Positions 8,324-19,592 are shown, numbered from the stretch's first letter. The stretch: 28,088 bases of DNA from Promethearchaeota archaeon Loki_b31 (GCA_005222975.1 NJBI01000047.1:1-28088); one strand, 5' to 3'. Notes: generated by a model not told the origin, from the letters alone. A program made the numbers and translations.

Positions 8324-9838
8324 TTACAGATCGTCAATTTTATTTTTTAAATTCTTCCATTCGAGATATACATTTTTGTAATTATCTGAGATGGTAGGAT
8401 TGCTGAAATTTTTTTCATAAGTCAAGAGGTTTTTTATCATAGATCTATAATCCGAATAGTAATTTAAACCTTTTAATGTATTCATCGCTACTCCAATAAA
8501 AGCTGAGTCTTTAGTATATGGAGCCGATATTTCAGTGTTTAAAACACTAGCTAATATCTTACAAAATCCTTCTGATTTGGCCATGCCACCAGCACAATAA
8601 GTTCTTATACTTAAATCAGTAAACCCTTTTATAGCTTGATAATTTTCGAATATACCAAACGCTATATTTTCTAAAACGCTTCTAGCAAAATCTTCTATTT
8701 TAGGAAGTTCTTCAGATATCATTGTAGGCGGTTGAAAAACAAATACACCTCTTTTAATAGAAGTTTGGTTTTTAATATTCATTTTTTCGGGTCCTAAGAA
8801 TGCAAAAGTAGAAAAAGCCCCTGGCGTTGAGTTCTTTAAATATTGTTCTATCGAAGAATCTGAATTATTAGTTAAACTTGATAAAAAGCATTCTTTAAAC
8901 CAATTATACGCAGCACCAGTGTTACCTGCATGGGCTTCAATTAACCATTTTCCCTTTATTGAGTGGCACGATGTCCAATAATTATTATTGGGATCAAAAA
9001 TAGGTTTATTTACGACGAGGTGAACAGGGGCGGTTGTGCCTAAACTAATTCCAATATCTCCATCTTCAATAACGCCCATGCCTAATAATGATGCTTGCGT
9101 ATCACCACCCGATTTTATAATAGGAATATTATTTTGACTAAGGTTGAAACTTTTTACTAATTCAGGTTTTAATTCGCCAACAATCGTCCCAGATTCCACG
9201 ATTTCAGGAAAGAAATCTGGATCAAAATCAAATGTCTGAATTATTTCCGAACTCCATTCTCTCTTCTTTATATCTAATATCTGAGAATCAGCAGCTGATG
9301 ATAAATCAGAAACATAGTTTCCAGTAAGACGATAAACCAACCAATCATCTAACATTAATACTTTATTTATTTTTTTATATGTTTCTTCCTCTTCTTCTCT
9401 GAACCATAATAATCGTGCTAGACAAAATAATAAAGGGGGACTATGACCAGTTATTTCAAACAAATCTCTTTCTGAAAATTCATCATCTATCATATATCCA
9501 GAATCTATTCCCCGTACATCAGTATTGGGACCTCCATAGATTACATCACCCGAATTATCCAAAAAAACCGTAGCAATTCTTTGAGCACAAGTAGAGATTC
9601 CAATTATATTAATATGATGAGATTTACATTTTTTTAATATACGATTTACTCCGATATTTATTTTATTCCATAAGTCATCCATATCAAGTCTTTTAGCAAA
9701 ACCATCGATATCTTCATTTATTACATTAATATTTTGAGATTCGATGAATTCTAATTTTAAATGCTCTGAAACCAATCCAATCTTTACAGAATTAGATGAA
9801 ATGTCAATTGCTATTATCTTATTTTCGGTATTATCCAT
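8324..9838 (-). CDS. FGGY-family carbohydrate kinase (LsrK/XylB-like)
   Basis: IAIDISSNSVK, STCAQR, ARLLWFRE, SGGDTQASLLG, SLGTT and AGGMAKS motifs. Start moved to the ATG at 9838 (MDNTENK) to avoid overlap with the upstream gene. Confidence 0.9.
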   Translation of the reverse strand: MDNTENKIIAIDISSNSVKIGLVSEHLKLEFIESQNINVINEDIDGFAKRLDMDDLWNKINIGVNRILKKCKSHHINIIGISTCAQRIATVFLDNSGDVIYGGPNTDVRGIDSGYMIDDEFSERDLFEITGHSPPLLFCLARLLWFREEEEETYKKINKVLMLDDWLVYRLTGNYVSDLSSAADSQILDIKKREWSSEIIQTFDFDPDFFPEIVESGTIVGELKPELVKSFNLSQNNIPIIKSGGDTQASLLGMGVIEDGDIGISLGTTAPVHLVVNKPIFDPNNNYWTSCHSIKGKWLIEAHAGNTGAAYNWFKECFLSSLTNNSDSSIEQYLKNSTPGAFSTFAFLGPEKMNIKNQTSIKRGVFVFQPPTMISEELPKIEDFARSVLENIAFGIFENYQAIKGFTDLSIRTYCAGGMAKSEGFCKILASVLNTEISAPYTKDSAFIGVAMNTLKGLNYYSDYRSMIKNLLTYEKNFSNPTISDNYKNVYLEWKNLKNKIDDL

Positions 9839-9863
9839 AGCATTCACTATTATTAAGTAAATT

Positions 9864-10502
9864 TTAGTGTGGGGTGAGATATTTCCTAATAACTTCTCCC
9901 CTTGGTTCTTTTTCTTCAAAAAGAATAGCTTGAAATGAAAAAATTTTTGTTTTATTTTCTTTCCAAGCGTCATTTGAGAGCCATGCTTTAACGCAAGTAT
10001 GACCTAAGAATGTTTCTACATCCCATTCTCTCTCATGATCAATTGGTACTTGAGGAAGAAGCAATCCTCTTCTCATACCTTTTTCAGCTATAAGTCCATC
10101 TCTCCCGATAACAATTTTATCAAGATATTCTTTTGGATGATTTACTTTGATTAATTTAGGAGGTGTTAATATAGAAAGCTCAATAACAATATCGTTCATT
10201 TCTTCGAGTGAAACAGATGGAAAACGCGGATCCTCAATTGCTGAACTAATTGAAACTCTATGAATTACATCATATAGTGGAAAAGTTGGTTCAATATATC
10301 CTATACAGCCTCGTAAAGAGTTCCTTGGCGCATTTACTGTATTTAAAGTGACAAATGCTCCATATTTCTCTGAAAATTTATTTTTAATGTCATCTGGAAT
10401 GGGTATCCTTCGATCGTTTTTAAGAAAAAATTCAATATTTTCTCGAGCAAATCTTATTAATGATATACCATCTTCTAAAGAAAAAGAGTTCTCATCAGTC
10501 AT
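9864..10502 (-). CDS. AMMECR1-domain protein
   Basis: GAFVTL, LRGCIG, DPRF, ELSILTPP, GRDGL and GLLLPQV motifs. Confidence 0.95.
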   Translation of the reverse strand: MTDENSFSLEDGISLIRFARENIEFFLKNDRRIPIPDDIKNKFSEKYGAFVTLNTVNAPRNSLRGCIGYIEPTFPLYDVIHRVSISSAIEDPRFPSVSLEEMNDIVIELSILTPPKLIKVNHPKEYLDKIVIGRDGLIAEKGMRRGLLLPQVPIDHEREWDVETFLGHTCVKAWLSNDAWKENKTKIFSFQAILFEEKEPRGEVIRKYLTPH

Positions 10503-10561
10503 AATTTCTACCTCAAGACAGAATTATTAATATATAATTATATTCTTCATACATTTATATT

Positions 10562-11950
10562 TTACATTTTAATGATTTTACCCTTTGGTTCAGATTTTTC
10601 GGTATTAACCTCATTACCTCTTAGAAAAACTTTCCAAATCTGAACAGTGGTTTTATAATCTTCGTAGGGGGAAAATTTTGCTTTTGTTTTAAATTTTTTT
10701 GATTTAATAGGGTATTCTGGAATTTTATCAACTATAATTAGATCGGCATCGTATCCCTCTTTGACAAATCCTTTATTCTTTAAGTTAAAGATCTTTGCCG
10801 GGTTTTCTGAAGTAATCTTAACAAATCTTTCAAGAGAGAGTTCATGTCTACAAACTTTGTCTAATAGCGTTAACGGATATGTTTCAAATCCAGGAAATCC
10901 TGAAGGTGCATCAAGATATCCTTGTCTTTTTTCTTCCAATGTGTGCGGCGCGTGATCTGTGCCTATAAGGCTTATATGTCCTTCTTTAATTTCCTTAAAT
11001 AAATATAAGGAATGTTCTTCATCTCTTAAAGGAGGTAAGACTTTACCATAATTTGGATTGCTTATTTTTATTTTATTAGTTAAAAATAAATGATGTGGTG
11101 TTATTTCGAAGGATATTTTTAAGGTATTATTCATATCTAAAGCTTTTCGTATTAGAGAATAACTATTCTTGCAACTTATATGACAGAAATGGACGATTGG
11201 ATAATCATTCGGGCTTAAATCTAGATCTACTATAATCTTATAATAATTTTCAAGAACAAAATTCACATATTTAGCTTCCATAGAAACGGGGTAAAGATTA
11301 TCATGTAATTCTAAGGTTGGAAATTGTTCCAGCGTGTAATTCTCGTAAATTTCATCCTTTTCTTCTAAAGAAAGAGGCCAATCTGGATGTATAAATATAG
11401 GAATTTGCAATTTAGATGAAATATTAAGAATCTTTTGGACATTTAAGTAATTTATCCAATCGATCTCATTTAATGAACCTATCGGATAAATTTTGAATCC
11501 AATAACGCCTAAATCAATAATCGAAATAATTTCCTCGAAATTCAATTCTCTTGGAACTCCAGCAATAAACCCCACATTCACATAAATGTTATTTTGTGCT
11601 TTTTCCATCCATTTTTTAACTTGATGAGCATTTATAGCAGGAGGTATTGTATTCGGCATATTAAATACTGTCGTTATTCCAGAAAAAGCTGCTGCTAATG
11701 TTCCTGTTAAAAAAGTCTCTTTTTCGCTCTGCCCCATATCTCTTAAATGAGAATGAATATCGATAATACCCGGTAAAACCATTCTCTTTCTGCAATCTAT
11801 CTCTATTCCATCTTCGTTATGATTTCGAATTTCCTTTAAATCTTCCTTCGATTTTTCATTTACAATTGATTTAATAGTTCCATTATGAATTAATAGAGCT
11901 CCCTTCTGAAGCGAACCATCAATATATATGAGCGCATTTTTTAAAATCAT
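10562..11950 (-). CDS. pyrC: Dihydroorotase (cyclic amidohydrolase)
   Basis: PGIIDIHSHLRD, MPNT.P, HFCHIS, EITPHHL, PPLR, GTDHAPH and NPAKIF motifs. Confidence 0.85.
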   Translation of the reverse strand: MILKNALIYIDGSLQKGALLIHNGTIKSIVNEKSKEDLKEIRNHNEDGIEIDCRKRMVLPGIIDIHSHLRDMGQSEKETFLTGTLAAAFSGITTVFNMPNTIPPAINAHQVKKWMEKAQNNIYVNVGFIAGVPRELNFEEIISIIDLGVIGFKIYPIGSLNEIDWINYLNVQKILNISSKLQIPIFIHPDWPLSLEEKDEIYENYTLEQFPTLELHDNLYPVSMEAKYVNFVLENYYKIIVDLDLSPNDYPIVHFCHISCKNSYSLIRKALDMNNTLKISFEITPHHLFLTNKIKISNPNYGKVLPPLRDEEHSLYLFKEIKEGHISLIGTDHAPHTLEEKRQGYLDAPSGFPGFETYPLTLLDKVCRHELSLERFVKITSENPAKIFNLKNKGFVKEGYDADLIIVDKIPEYPIKSKKFKTKAKFSPYEDYKTTVQIWKVFLRGNEVNTEKSEPKGKIIKM

Positions 11951-12612
11951 TTTTCTATTTCTTTATTAATATCCTTACTTTGATCAATTCGAAAATTAAT
12001 ATATAAGATTTTATTTTCAATCCCTTTAATGTTTGAAAGATTAATGTATTTTAAATTGTAGTTTTCTTTAATTACTTGTAAAAATCTCAATGAACTCTGT
12101 GAATTCTGAGAATAAGGAAAAATATAACAATATTCGCTCATATCGTCTAAATCATATAAATTAATGACATCAGGATAAAGATTCTTATCTTCAAATTCGG
12201 CATTAAATACTATTTTGTTATGAAGAATATTATTAATATTTTCTAAAATAGAACCAGAATTTGGTAATCTCTTAACAAAAATACCAGGAGTAGATTTTTC
12301 CCATTCTTGAGTTTTTACTTTTTCATCCCCATTTATTTTCTCTAAAGCTCTTTTTAAAAGTAATGCTTGAGACCTCTCATCAGAACCTAGAAATCTCAAC
12401 TTTTTACCCTTATACTTCATTAGAAGTTGAAGTGATTCAAAATATAAATATAAGTTATTATTTTTTCTGATTGAATAAGATAAACAAAACGATTCCCGCA
12501 TTATAGAACATAAGTTATACACATAAATGGGAGTTTTTCCTACATCTATATCGCTTTTAGAAAATTTAGGGAATTTCTCAATTAGTATTAGAAAATTAAC
12601 CAAATTTATCAA
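11947..12612 (-). CDS. TrmY-like tRNA pseudouridine-54 N1-methyltransferase homolog (divergent)
   Basis: C..MRESFCLSYSIR, LRFLGSDERS and STPGIFV resemble TrmY N-terminal motifs. Lies directly downstream of SRP54. Confidence 0.65.
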   Translation of the reverse strand: MINLVNFLILIEKFPKFSKSDIDVGKTPIYVYNLCSIMRESFCLSYSIRKNNNLYLYFESLQLLMKYKGKKLRFLGSDERSQALLLKRALEKINGDEKVKTQEWEKSTPGIFVKRLPNSGSILENINNILHNKIVFNAEFEDKNLYPDVINLYDLDDMSEYCYIFPYSQNSQSSLRFLQVIKENYNLKYINLSNIKGIENKILYINFRIDQSKDINKEIEK

Positions 12613-12625
12613 ATTCTAATTATAT

Positions 12626-14002
12626 TTAAAATTTAAAATCCTTTCCTAATTTGTTCATAAATTGTGCTCCTTGCTTTCCCATTCCCGGAATACTCGGCAT
12701 TCCTTTACCTTTCTTTTGCATTTGTAAGGCTTTTTTGAAGAACTTTTTCATTTGGTTGTATTGGTCGAGCATTCGATTTATTGTAGCATAATCTGTACCG
12801 CTTCCAAGAGCAATTCTTCTTTTTCTGGTTTTTTTGATAATTTTTGGGTCGAACTTTTCTTCCGAAGTCATAGAATCTAAAACCACACGCCATTTTTCTA
12901 AATTCTTCTCAGCGTCATCAGTTAAAGCGTCAGGAATATTTCCTCCTCCAATCATAGCTAAAATATTTTTCATCTTACCTACTTTTTTTATGCTTTTTAA
13001 TTGTAGGTAAAGGTCATCTAGAGTGAACTTACCCTTCATCATTCTTTTAACCATATCTGGGTCTACATCAATTTCAGCTTCCTCAACTTTTTTTACTAAG
13101 CCTTCTATATCTGGTATACCTAATAAAGTGCCTACAAAAGTACTTGAATTGAATTCTTCAAAATCATCCAGTTTTTCCCCAACACCAATAAATCTTATGG
13201 ATTGATTAGTCGCAGCACAAGCAGAAAGAGCACCACCCCCTTTAGCGGTTCCATCTAATTTTGTTACGATTATACTACCAATATTTGTGGATCTTGCGAA
13301 TTCTTCTGCTTGCGAATAAGCTTGTTGACCTATACTTCCGTCAATTACGAGGATTACTTCGTTAGGCTTTAAATTGCTCTCAATTTTTTCCATCTCTTTC
13401 ATTAATTCTTTCTCTTCCTTATGACGCCCAGCAGTATCCACGATAATTATGTTGTGTCCATCATTTATCGCTTTTTTAGTTTCTCTTACGGCAAGTTTAA
13501 TTGCATTTTTTTCATTAGGATTTCCATAGCATTTCACCCCTATTTGTTCTGTTAGTTGAACAAGTTGTTCATAAGCCCCTGGACGCCATGTATCCGTTGT
13601 GACAGTAGCTACTTTATATCCTTTATTTTTATAAAAGCGTGCTAACTTACCAACAGTAGTAGTTTTACCTGATCCCTGAATTCCGACAAGTAAAATCACG
13701 TTACTTTTCCCTGGTTTTATTCTGATGGGAGCGGATTTCCCTCCGATAGTTTTAACCAATTCATCATGAACAAGTTTAATTATGAAATCTTTTCTTCTTG
13801 CTCTTTTAAGATCAGTGTTCATTGCCTCTTTTTTAATACTTTCAGTCATCTGGAAAACTAATTCAACTTTAACATCAGCACTTAGTAATGCTCTTTGCAA
13901 ATCTTGAACGATTGCGTTAATTACATCTTTATCTATCTTTGGTAAACCTCGTAATTTTCGCATTATGTTCTCTAGATCTTTCCCTAGTTTCTTAAACGCC
14001 AT
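12626..14002 (-). CDS. srp54: Signal recognition particle 54 kDa protein
   Basis: GIQGSGKTTT, DTWRPGA, DTAGRH, TKLDGTAKGGGALS and M-domain RKRRIALGSG. Confidence 0.98.
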   Translation of the reverse strand: MAFKKLGKDLENIMRKLRGLPKIDKDVINAIVQDLQRALLSADVKVELVFQMTESIKKEAMNTDLKRARRKDFIIKLVHDELVKTIGGKSAPIRIKPGKSNVILLVGIQGSGKTTTVGKLARFYKNKGYKVATVTTDTWRPGAYEQLVQLTEQIGVKCYGNPNEKNAIKLAVRETKKAINDGHNIIIVDTAGRHKEEKELMKEMEKIESNLKPNEVILVIDGSIGQQAYSQAEEFARSTNIGSIIVTKLDGTAKGGGALSACAATNQSIRFIGVGEKLDDFEEFNSSTFVGTLLGIPDIEGLVKKVEEAEIDVDPDMVKRMMKGKFTLDDLYLQLKSIKKVGKMKNILAMIGGGNIPDALTDDAEKNLEKWRVVLDSMTSEEKFDPKIIKKTRKRRIALGSGTDYATINRMLDQYNQMKKFFKKALQMQKKGKGMPSIPGMGKQGAQFMNKLGKDFKF

Positions 14003-14158
14003 AACAAATCTATTTTTACTTTTATGTTTTAATAAATAATATTAACAAAAACTAATATTTTTTTTTAAATAAAGATAATATTATATAAAAAAAGATATGT
14101 GAAAATAAAAAATATTTCATATAAACCTAATATTGAAAAAAAAAGGAGAAAATGATTT

Positions 14159-14587
14159 ATGAGCATAAGAAGAACCGAAGTCCAAAAGCTTAAAACTGGT
14201 CAATACATTATGGTTGATGAAGAACCGTGTGTTATAAAAGCTACTGAGAGAAGTAAGTCAGGAAAACATGGACACGCCAAAGTTAGGGTCGTATGTGTCG
14301 GGATGTTTGACAATAACAAGAGATCTCTCACCATACCATCAGGTCATATGGTTTCTATTCCCGAGATAATCAAAGGTGCTGCACAGATTAACTTTATTGA
14401 AGATACATCAATTAATATTATGGATCTTGAATCCTATGAATCAGTGGATGTTGCTTGGCCGGACGAGGAAGATTTAAAAGCAAAGATAAAGGATTTACGA
14501 GCCGATCCCGGAAAAATGTCAATGGCACAAGTAGAATATTGGAAGCTTGCAGGAAGAACTTTAATAAATAGAGTAATTATTAATTAG
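14159..14587 (+). CDS. eif5a: Translation factor IF-5A (hypusine-containing)
   Basis: SKSGKHGHAK hypusine loop; AAGGAG upstream. Confidence 0.97.
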   Translation: MSIRRTEVQKLKTGQYIMVDEEPCVIKATERSKSGKHGHAKVRVVCVGMFDNNKRSLTIPSGHMVSIPEIIKGAAQINFIEDTSINIMDLESYESVDVAWPDEEDLKAKIKDLRADPGKMSMAQVEYWKLAGRTLINRVIIN

Positions 14588-14700
14588 AACGTTATTATAA
14601 TCTTTTTTGAGCAGAATTAGAATATTATTTTCTTACAATTTATTCATTTTTGTAATATATCAATAAAAGTAAAGAAAAGTATAAAAGAAGTCTGAGTTCG

Positions 14701-15627
14701 ATGGAAAAAAAGGCAGTTTCATTAGCTTGTAGAATGGATTCAGAGAGAGCGATAAATTTAACTAAGAGACTTTTTGATTATTTAGTGAAAAAAGGCGAAA
14801 TTATTCAATTGGAAACCAGAATCGCACCTAAAATCTTACCTCATAGTGGTAAAGATTTAAATGAAATGACAAATGAAAATACAAAATTTCTCATATCCAT
14901 TGGTGGAGACGGAACTATTCTGAGAGTGGCAAGTGCCTTATCACAACGCAACGCTCCACCCATTTTGGGAGTAAACATTGGGTCTATCGGCTTTTTAGAC
15001 GAAACTAATGAAAGAAATGTTTTTAATGACATAAATCGTGTATTAAAAGGCGAATATATAATTGAAAAATGCTCTAAATTAGCTCCATATATAATTAAAG
15101 CTTCTGAAGAAATTAAATTAAATAATGCATTGAACGAAGTTCTAATAGTTTCATCAAAAAGCTCTAAAGTATTATTAACATCAGTTAAAATAGATGGTTG
15201 TTTTCTAAATCGAAGTTATTTAGATGGTATTATTATTTCAACTTCAGTAGGCTCTACGGGGTATAATCTAAGTGCGGGAGGCGCTATTGTAAAACCTACG
15301 ATGGATATTATGCAAATAACGCCATTAAATAGTTTTGCGAGATCAGGATTGAAACCAATAGTGCTTCCTATTGATAGCGAAGTTGAAATTCAACTTCTAA
15401 GACCAAGACTAAGTGCAAAAATTATAATTGACGGCCAGAGAACTTTTAAAAATATCCAACCAAATACAGTTATCAAAGTCCGTAAAGCAAATTCCCATAC
15501 AAAATTTATCCGTCTTTCCAGAAGCATAAGCGATAATTATATTAGACGGTTAAGGAAAAAAATTATTGGAACTATAAAGGTTCCGAGAGATGACAGTCCT
15601 GAAGAAGAGTTCAATTCTAGTTTTTGA
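14701..15627 (+). CDS. nadK: NAD+ kinase
   Basis: GGDGTIL, GVNIGSIGFL, ALNE, DGIIISTSVGSTGYNLSAGG and IIDG motifs. Confidence 0.96.
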   Translation: MEKKAVSLACRMDSERAINLTKRLFDYLVKKGEIIQLETRIAPKILPHSGKDLNEMTNENTKFLISIGGDGTILRVASALSQRNAPPILGVNIGSIGFLDETNERNVFNDINRVLKGEYIIEKCSKLAPYIIKASEEIKLNNALNEVLIVSSKSSKVLLTSVKIDGCFLNRSYLDGIIISTSVGSTGYNLSAGGAIVKPTMDIMQITPLNSFARSGLKPIVLPIDSEVEIQLLRPRLSAKIIIDGQRTFKNIQPNTVIKVRKANSHTKFIRLSRSISDNYIRRLRKKIIGTIKVPRDDSPEEEFNSSF

Positions 15628-16147
15628 TACTAACATTTTTTTAAAAGGTATCGATTTCAATTTTTTTAAGGAGACTATTTTCACCACTCCAGAAATTATC
15701 GATGAGATTCAAGTTAAAAGATATAAAGATAAGAATAGAAATATTATACATAGAATAGAAGTGGCAGTTGAACTAGGAAAATTAATTATAAAAAAAGCTA
15801 ATGAAAATTACATTAATATAGTAGACTCAAAATCTAAACTAACGGGAGATATAAATGCGTTATCTAATGCTGATGTGAATTTAATTGCATTAGCTTTAGA
15901 ATTGATGGACACATATAACCAAGAGATTGTTCTCTACACAAACGATTATTCTATGGAAAATTTATGTAGTGAATTAAAAATAAAATTTATGCCTATGTTT
16001 AAGGAGGGTATAAAAGAAAAGATATTTTTTGAGATATATTGCCCCTATTGTAAAACAATTTTCAAACCTAAAGATTTTAATAAAATTTGTGAAATGTGTG
16101 GATGGTCCAAATTAAAAAGAAGACCACTAATAAAAGAAAAAATATAG
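15590..16147 (+). CDS. nob1: Nob1-like PIN-domain endoribonuclease with Zn ribbon
   Basis: VFDTN, DEI, LSNADVNLIALA, TNDYSMEN and CPYC...CEMCG. Confidence 0.9.
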   Translation: MTVLKKSSILVFDTNIFLKGIDFNFFKETIFTTPEIIDEIQVKRYKDKNRNIIHRIEVAVELGKLIIKKANENYINIVDSKSKLTGDINALSNADVNLIALALELMDTYNQEIVLYTNDYSMENLCSELKIKFMPMFKEGIKEKIFFEIYCPYCKTIFKPKDFNKICEMCGWSKLKRRPLIKEKI

Positions 16148-16214
16148 TGCAAAATATATAGGAAAAAATGTAAATAAATATTGGATAATTGGATAAAAAT
16201 AAAAAAGATAAAAC

Positions 16215-17264
16215 ATGGGTACTAAAATAAATGAATTAGTGAAAGATGTAAGAAGGACTATTACATTTGATAATCTATTAAATAAACGCATTGCCATTGA
16301 TGCATTTAACACGATCTATCAATTTTTAGCAATTATTAGGCAAAGAGATGGCACTCCTCTAAAAGATTATAAAGGTAATGTGACTTCTCATCTATCTGGA
16401 TTATTTTATCGAACAATAAATTTTTTAGAGCATAATATCAAACCAATTTATGTGTTTGATGGGACTCCTTCTGAATTAAAATTAGAAACAATAAAAGAAC
16501 GAAGGAGAATTAAAGAAGATGCTAATGAAAAGATGATAAAAGCTCAGGAGAAGGAAGATTTTAGAGAAGCGAAAAAATTCGCTCAGATGACATCTAAATT
16601 AGATACGAACATGATTGAAGATAGTAAAAAATTATTAAAATATCTGGGGATTCCAATTGTAGAGGCGAGCTCTGAAGGTGAGGCTCAATCTGCCTTTCTA
16701 GTTGAAGCTGGTGATGCTTGGGCGTGTGCATCCCAGGATTATGACACATTATTATTTGGAGGAAAAAGGTTAATTAGAAATTTCGCAATAAGCAGAAGTA
16801 AAAAGGTTAGAGATACTACAGTTACTTTAGATATAGAATACATTTCATTATCTAAATTTCTTAAAAATTTAAATATTACTCGAGAACAGTTGATAGAGAT
16901 GGGGATTTTAATAGGAACTGATTTTTTCCCTGGAATTAAGGGAATCGGTCAACATAAGGCTTATAACTTAATCAAGAAATATGGTTCGTTAGAAAATATT
17001 TTAAAAAATAATGTAAAAGTTGGTAATATAGAAATTCAACTAGAAAAAGAATTGATTGACCAAATAAAAGATATTTTTTTATACCCAGATGTAAAAAAAA
17101 AATATCTAAAAATAATCTGGGAAAAAATTAATTACGGTAAAGTTGAAGAATTACTGATAGAGCAACACAATTTTTCAAAAACCAGGGTTGAAAACGCAAT
17201 TGAACGGTTGAAAAAGCAAGACTCTTCTAAAAAACAGGTGTCTTTGGACAACTTCTTCAAATAA
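16215..17264 (+). CDS. fen1: Flap endonuclease 1
   Basis: IAIDAFNTIYQFL, TSHLSGLFYRT, YVFDG, EGEAQ, SQDYDTLLFG, GTDF.PGIKGIG and PIP box QVSLDNFF. Confidence 0.98.
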   Translation: MGTKINELVKDVRRTITFDNLLNKRIAIDAFNTIYQFLAIIRQRDGTPLKDYKGNVTSHLSGLFYRTINFLEHNIKPIYVFDGTPSELKLETIKERRRIKEDANEKMIKAQEKEDFREAKKFAQMTSKLDTNMIEDSKKLLKYLGIPIVEASSEGEAQSAFLVEAGDAWACASQDYDTLLFGGKRLIRNFAISRSKKVRDTTVTLDIEYISLSKFLKNLNITREQLIEMGILIGTDFFPGIKGIGQHKAYNLIKKYGSLENILKNNVKVGNIEIQLEKELIDQIKDIFLYPDVKKKYLKIIWEKINYGKVEELLIEQHNFSKTRVENAIERLKKQDSSKKQVSLDNFFK

Positions 17265-17357
17265 AATTAAAACTTAACATTAGAAAAAAAGGAAAAATTT
17301 TTACAAAATCATTACTTCATATATATTGAAAACTATACTTTATTTATTCGATCAAAA

Positions 17358-19592
17358 ATGTCAACTAAAGAAAAAGATAAAAAGGGACCAAATAGTAAAG
17401 ATTCACAAATAGTAGCACTACGGGTGCAAGAAGCTAAAAAAAGGGATATTGGCCGTAATATTGCTAGAATTGATCAAGAAACTATGGAAAAGTTAAATAT
17501 TCAAACTGGCGATGTCATCGCTCTTTCTGGAAAGAAAGAAAGTGCGGGAATCGCTTGGCCGAGTTATCCCCAAGATAGTGGATTAGGCATTATTCGCATC
17601 GATTCTAGATTAAAAAAAAATACGGGAGCAAGTATAGATGAAACAATCCAAATTCGGAAGGTTAACGCTCACCCCGCTCAAAATATTGTTTTAGCGCCAA
17701 TAAGCGTAAAAATAAAGTCCAATCCCAGATTCGAAACTTTCGTTAAACGAAAATTAAATAATTATCCTGTTACGATCGATGATTTTATATTTATTTCAAT
17801 AGGAATAAGTCGAGAGATTACATTTAAAGTTATAAGCATAAGACCAAGTGGAGTTTGTATAATCAAACCCGAAACAGCTCTACATATTAGCGAACGTATT
17901 ACTGAAGACGAAGAAAGGGGAACTGATTATGTTACTTATGAAGATGTTGGAGGATTAGATCGCGAGATACAAAGGGTTAGAGAAATGGTTGAACTCCCAC
18001 TAAGACACCCCTCTTTATTTAAACGTATAGGTATTGATCCCCCAAAAGGAATTTTACTAAGGGGTCCTCCTGGTTGCGGAAAAACCTTGTTAGCGAGAGC
18101 TGTAGCTAATGAAAGCGAAGCTTATTTTATTTCAATAAACGGTCCAGAAATTATGAGTAAATTTTATGGCGAATCTGAGAAAAAATTACGGAAAATATTT
18201 ATTGACGCTGAAGAAAAGAGCCCATCAATAATATTTATTGATGAGATCGATGCAATTGCCCCAAAAAGAGAAACTGTAACTGGTGAAGTAGAGCGAAGGG
18301 TTGTTGCTCAATTATTAGCCTTGATGGATGGGCTACATAGTAGAGGAAAAGTTATCGTTATTGGGGCAACAAATAGACCTAATAGTTTAGATCCCGCTTT
18401 AAGGCGTCCAGGCCGATTTGATCGCGAAATTGAGATAAAAGTTCCAAATGAAAAAGGAAGAAGAGAAGTTTTTCAAATTCATACAAGAAATATGCCTCTC
18501 GATAAAAAAATATCTTTAAAAGATTATGCTAACATTACTCATGGATTCGTTGGTGCGGATATTATGGCAGTGTGTAGAGAAGCTGCGATGGCAGCTCTTA
18601 GAAGGTATTTACCAAAGATTGATTTAGATTCTGAAATGATAGATCCTGAATTACTTGAACAAATAGAGATAACTAAAGCTGATTTTGAGGAGGCTTTAAA
18701 GGAAGTAATGCCATCTGGAATAAGAGAAGTATTCGTTGAAATACCAAATGTCTCTTGGGATCAGATAGGTGGATTAGAGGAATTAAAACAGAAACTAATA
18801 GAGGCTGTAGATTGGCCTTTATCGCATCCAAAAATTTTTGAGCGTATGGGAATAAATCCTCCTAGAGGAATCTTATTATATGGGCCACCTGGGTGTGGAA
18901 AAACGCTTTTGGCAAGGGCAGTTGCACACGAAAGTAAAGCTAATTTTATCTCTATTAAAGGACCTGAATTGCTATCTAAATACGTAGGAGAAAGCGAAAA
19001 AGCAATTCGCGAAATTTTTCGAAAAGCAAAAATGGCGGCACCATGTATTATCTTTTTTGATGAATTTGATTCAATAGCTCCAAGTAGAGGTAGGCATACT
19101 ACAGATTCGGGAGTATCCGAAAAAGTTCTATCACAATTTTTAACTGAATTGGATGGTTTAGAAGTTAAGAAAGATATTGTGGTGATTGCTGCTACCAACC
19201 GCCCTGATATTTTAGACCCAGCCTTAATCCGACCTGGAAGAATTGATAGGATGCTACTGGTACCCCCACCTGATGAAATAGGAAGACTTGAAATATTAAA
19301 AATATTTACTAAAGATATGCCAATTGCGAGTAATATAGATTTGGATGTCTTAAATAAGATATTAAATGGTTTCTCTGGTGCGGATATTGAGACATTATGT
19401 CGCGAGGCGGGTATGATTGCCCTTAGAGAAAATATAAGAGCAAGAAAAATTACGAAAGAGCATTTTAAACAGGCAACGGAATTAATTAATCCTAGTATAT
19501 TACCCGAAGTAATTAAAGTGTATGAAAATTTTAGAGAAAAATTTAAAAGTAGAATCATTGAACAATCCAAAGAAGATCGAATGTTTACATAA
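17358..19592 (+). CDS. cdc48: Cdc48/p97/VCP AAA+ ATPase
   Basis: N domain plus two AAA modules (GPPGCGKT twice, [25 protein letters not shown]). Confidence 0.98.
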   Translation: MSTKEKDKKGPNSKDSQIVALRVQEAKKRDIGRNIARIDQETMEKLNIQTGDVIALSGKKESAGIAWPSYPQDSGLGIIRIDSRLKKNTGASIDETIQIRKVNAHPAQNIVLAPISVKIKSNPRFETFVKRKLNNYPVTIDDFIFISIGISREITFKVISIRPSGVCIIKPETALHISERITEDEERGTDYVTYEDVGGLDREIQRVREMVELPLRHPSLFKRIGIDPPKGILLRGPPGCGKTLLARAVANESEAYFISINGPEIMSKFYGESEKKLRKIFIDAEEKSPSIIFIDEIDAIAPKRETVTGEVERRVVAQLLALMDGLHSRGKVIVIGATNRPNSLDPALRRPGRFDREIEIKVPNEKGRREVFQIHTRNMPLDKKISLKDYANITHGFVGADIMAVCREAAMAALRRYLPKIDLDSEMIDPELLEQIEITKADFEEALKEVMPSGIREVFVEIPNVSWDQIGGLEELKQKLIEAVDWPLSHPKIFERMGINPPRGILLYGPPGCGKTLLARAVAHESKANFISIKGPELLSKYVGESEKAIREIFRKAKMAAPCIIFFDEFDSIAPSRGRHTTDSGVSEKVLSQFLTELDGLEVKKDIVVIAATNRPDILDPALIRPGRIDRMLLVPPPDEIGRLEILKIFTKDMPIASNIDLDVLNKILNGFSGADIETLCREAGMIALRENIRARKITKEHFKQATELINPSILPEVIKVYENFREKFKSRIIEQSKEDRMFT

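Noticed and set aside
9839-9973. N-terminal extension of the FGGY kinase in the ORF track
   Set aside because: It overlaps AMMECR1 by 110 nt, and family similarity starts just after the ATG at 9838.
18761-19570. 269-aa minus-strand ORF
   Set aside because: Antisense shadow of the highly conserved cdc48 AAA domain; no independent motifs.
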